A program made the translations under genes and the position numbers. The notes beneath the pieces are model-generated. The model saw only the letters and a program-made list of their open reading frames with translations. It did not search any database and was not told the DNA's origin. A stretch of DNA of 63,815 nucleotides, filler included, from Octopus bimaculoides (lineage: Eukaryota), in assembly GCF_001194135.2 (NCBI RefSeq). It is 8 parts of 7 records of this genome, joined end to end, with 100 filler letters (N's around TTAATTAATTAA, not from the genome) between each part and the next. Parts side by side here need not be neighbours in the genome. Positions count along the whole stretch, not along the records: positions 62,682 to 63,815 come from NC_068989.1; 7 more parts are not named here. One strand, written 5' to 3'. Below, in pieces: positions 62,582 through 63,815 of the stretch (position 1 is its first letter; every line of letters begins with the position of its first letter).

Positions 62582-62752
62582 NNNNNNNNNNNNNNNNNNN
62601 NNNNNNNNNNNNNNNNNNNNNNNNNTTAATTAATTAANNNNNNNNNNNNNNNNNNNNNNNNNNNNNNNNNNNNNNNNNNNNAATTCTATATAACGGATCA
62701 CTTTCGTTGGTATATCTTTTACACTTCCACGAATAAGAGTGCATATTCAGTT

Positions 62753-62812
<60 letters not shown>

Positions 62813-63512
62813 ACACACACGCACGCACGCACACACACACACACAAAACACACACACACACAAACACACAATTGTGTGGTGTGAGTGTGTAGATGTATGT
62901 GCTTTTAAGCATTTAGTCTGGAAGGAAGGTACTACTTGGTGATGTATGGGTGTATATATGTGTTTGCATGTATGTGCACACATACAAACACATATGCCGT
63001 TAATAACAGACGTACATTCTTTCAAAGCTGTATTTGAATGTTTTGCAGTAGAGATTAATACGACCTGATTTCGCATAAATCTGTAGCTCTTTTTCTTTAT
63101 GCGCACACAAATAATGTAGACATGAATATATAGATACACCGATGCAGATATGTAGGTTTTCGGTCGGTAGAGACACACATGTTCTTATATTTGTATGTAT
63201 TTATGCATAGTGAAGTAGTAAGGCTTGTAGATAGAGAACGGTAGGTACAGGGGTGGATATCAATGAGGACCTAGAATGTTATCTAATGTATTCATGAACG
63301 TTCGTGAAACAATAAGCCGAAGGAAACTTAGCATAAATATACATATTTATATATATATATTTGGTTAACGAGAGAAGGAAGAAATGCCGCCAACCATCCT
63401 GTCCAGTGCAGTAACGATTCTGCCAGGTGTCTCATTAACCAGATACATAAAGAACACTATGAAAGTGAATGTGCTTTAACAGTAAGCTACCTGGTATAAA
63501 CCATTCGTTTTG

Positions 63513-63514
<2 letters not shown>

Positions 63515-63573
<59 letters not shown>

Positions 63574-63580
63574 CATCTAT
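63515..63580. repeat. (TATC)n tetranucleotide microsatellite
   Basis: Directly visible. Confidence 0.95.
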
Positions 63581-63815
63581 TTATTAATAGTCACTGAATC
63601 AACGACTATTGAAAAGGTTTGGTAAATTTTAGAAAAAGATAAATAAGCAAATGAGTGGAAACTGAACCGGTGAGTGCTTTGAATAATAAGGCACTAAAAG
63701 AGAATGACTCTGCCCAGATACAACAAAATATGATTCAGCACACGAATTCACATAAAGAATCTTTGAAACCAAATCCCAAAATCAAATGTATATATATGTA
63801 TATATATATATATAT

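Overview
AT-rich, microsatellite-dense animal genomic DNA from a gappy draft scaffold. The SINE and LINE content points to a coleoid cephalopod, probably Octopus (inference). The only host gene I can support is an adhesion-type GPCR on the + strand, with two in-phase coding exons (420-543 and 9890-10034, about TM2 to TM3/ICL2). I recognised no later exons. The rest is mostly transposon debris: three R4/Dong-type LINEs plus a short 3' end tied to (TAA)n repeats, a CR1-like fragment, a near full-length RTE LINE, two Penelope-like elements, three Helitron remnants (two with hairpin-CTAG 3' ends), hAT and mariner transposase remnants, two TTAA-flanked piggyBac-type MITEs, and at least five tRNA-derived SINE families built from shared modules. 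The most notable observation is a head-to-head pair of tRNA-headed SINEs at 31.86-32.34 kb whose tails reconstruct to a minimal type I hammerhead ribozyme; a second decayed hammerhead lies at 48.15 kb. Seven 44N-TTAATTAATTAA-44N spacers are scaffolding artefacts, and by eye CpG retention changes at several of them, so the window may join contigs from different contexts. All protein-family calls come from manual motif recognition; no searches were run.
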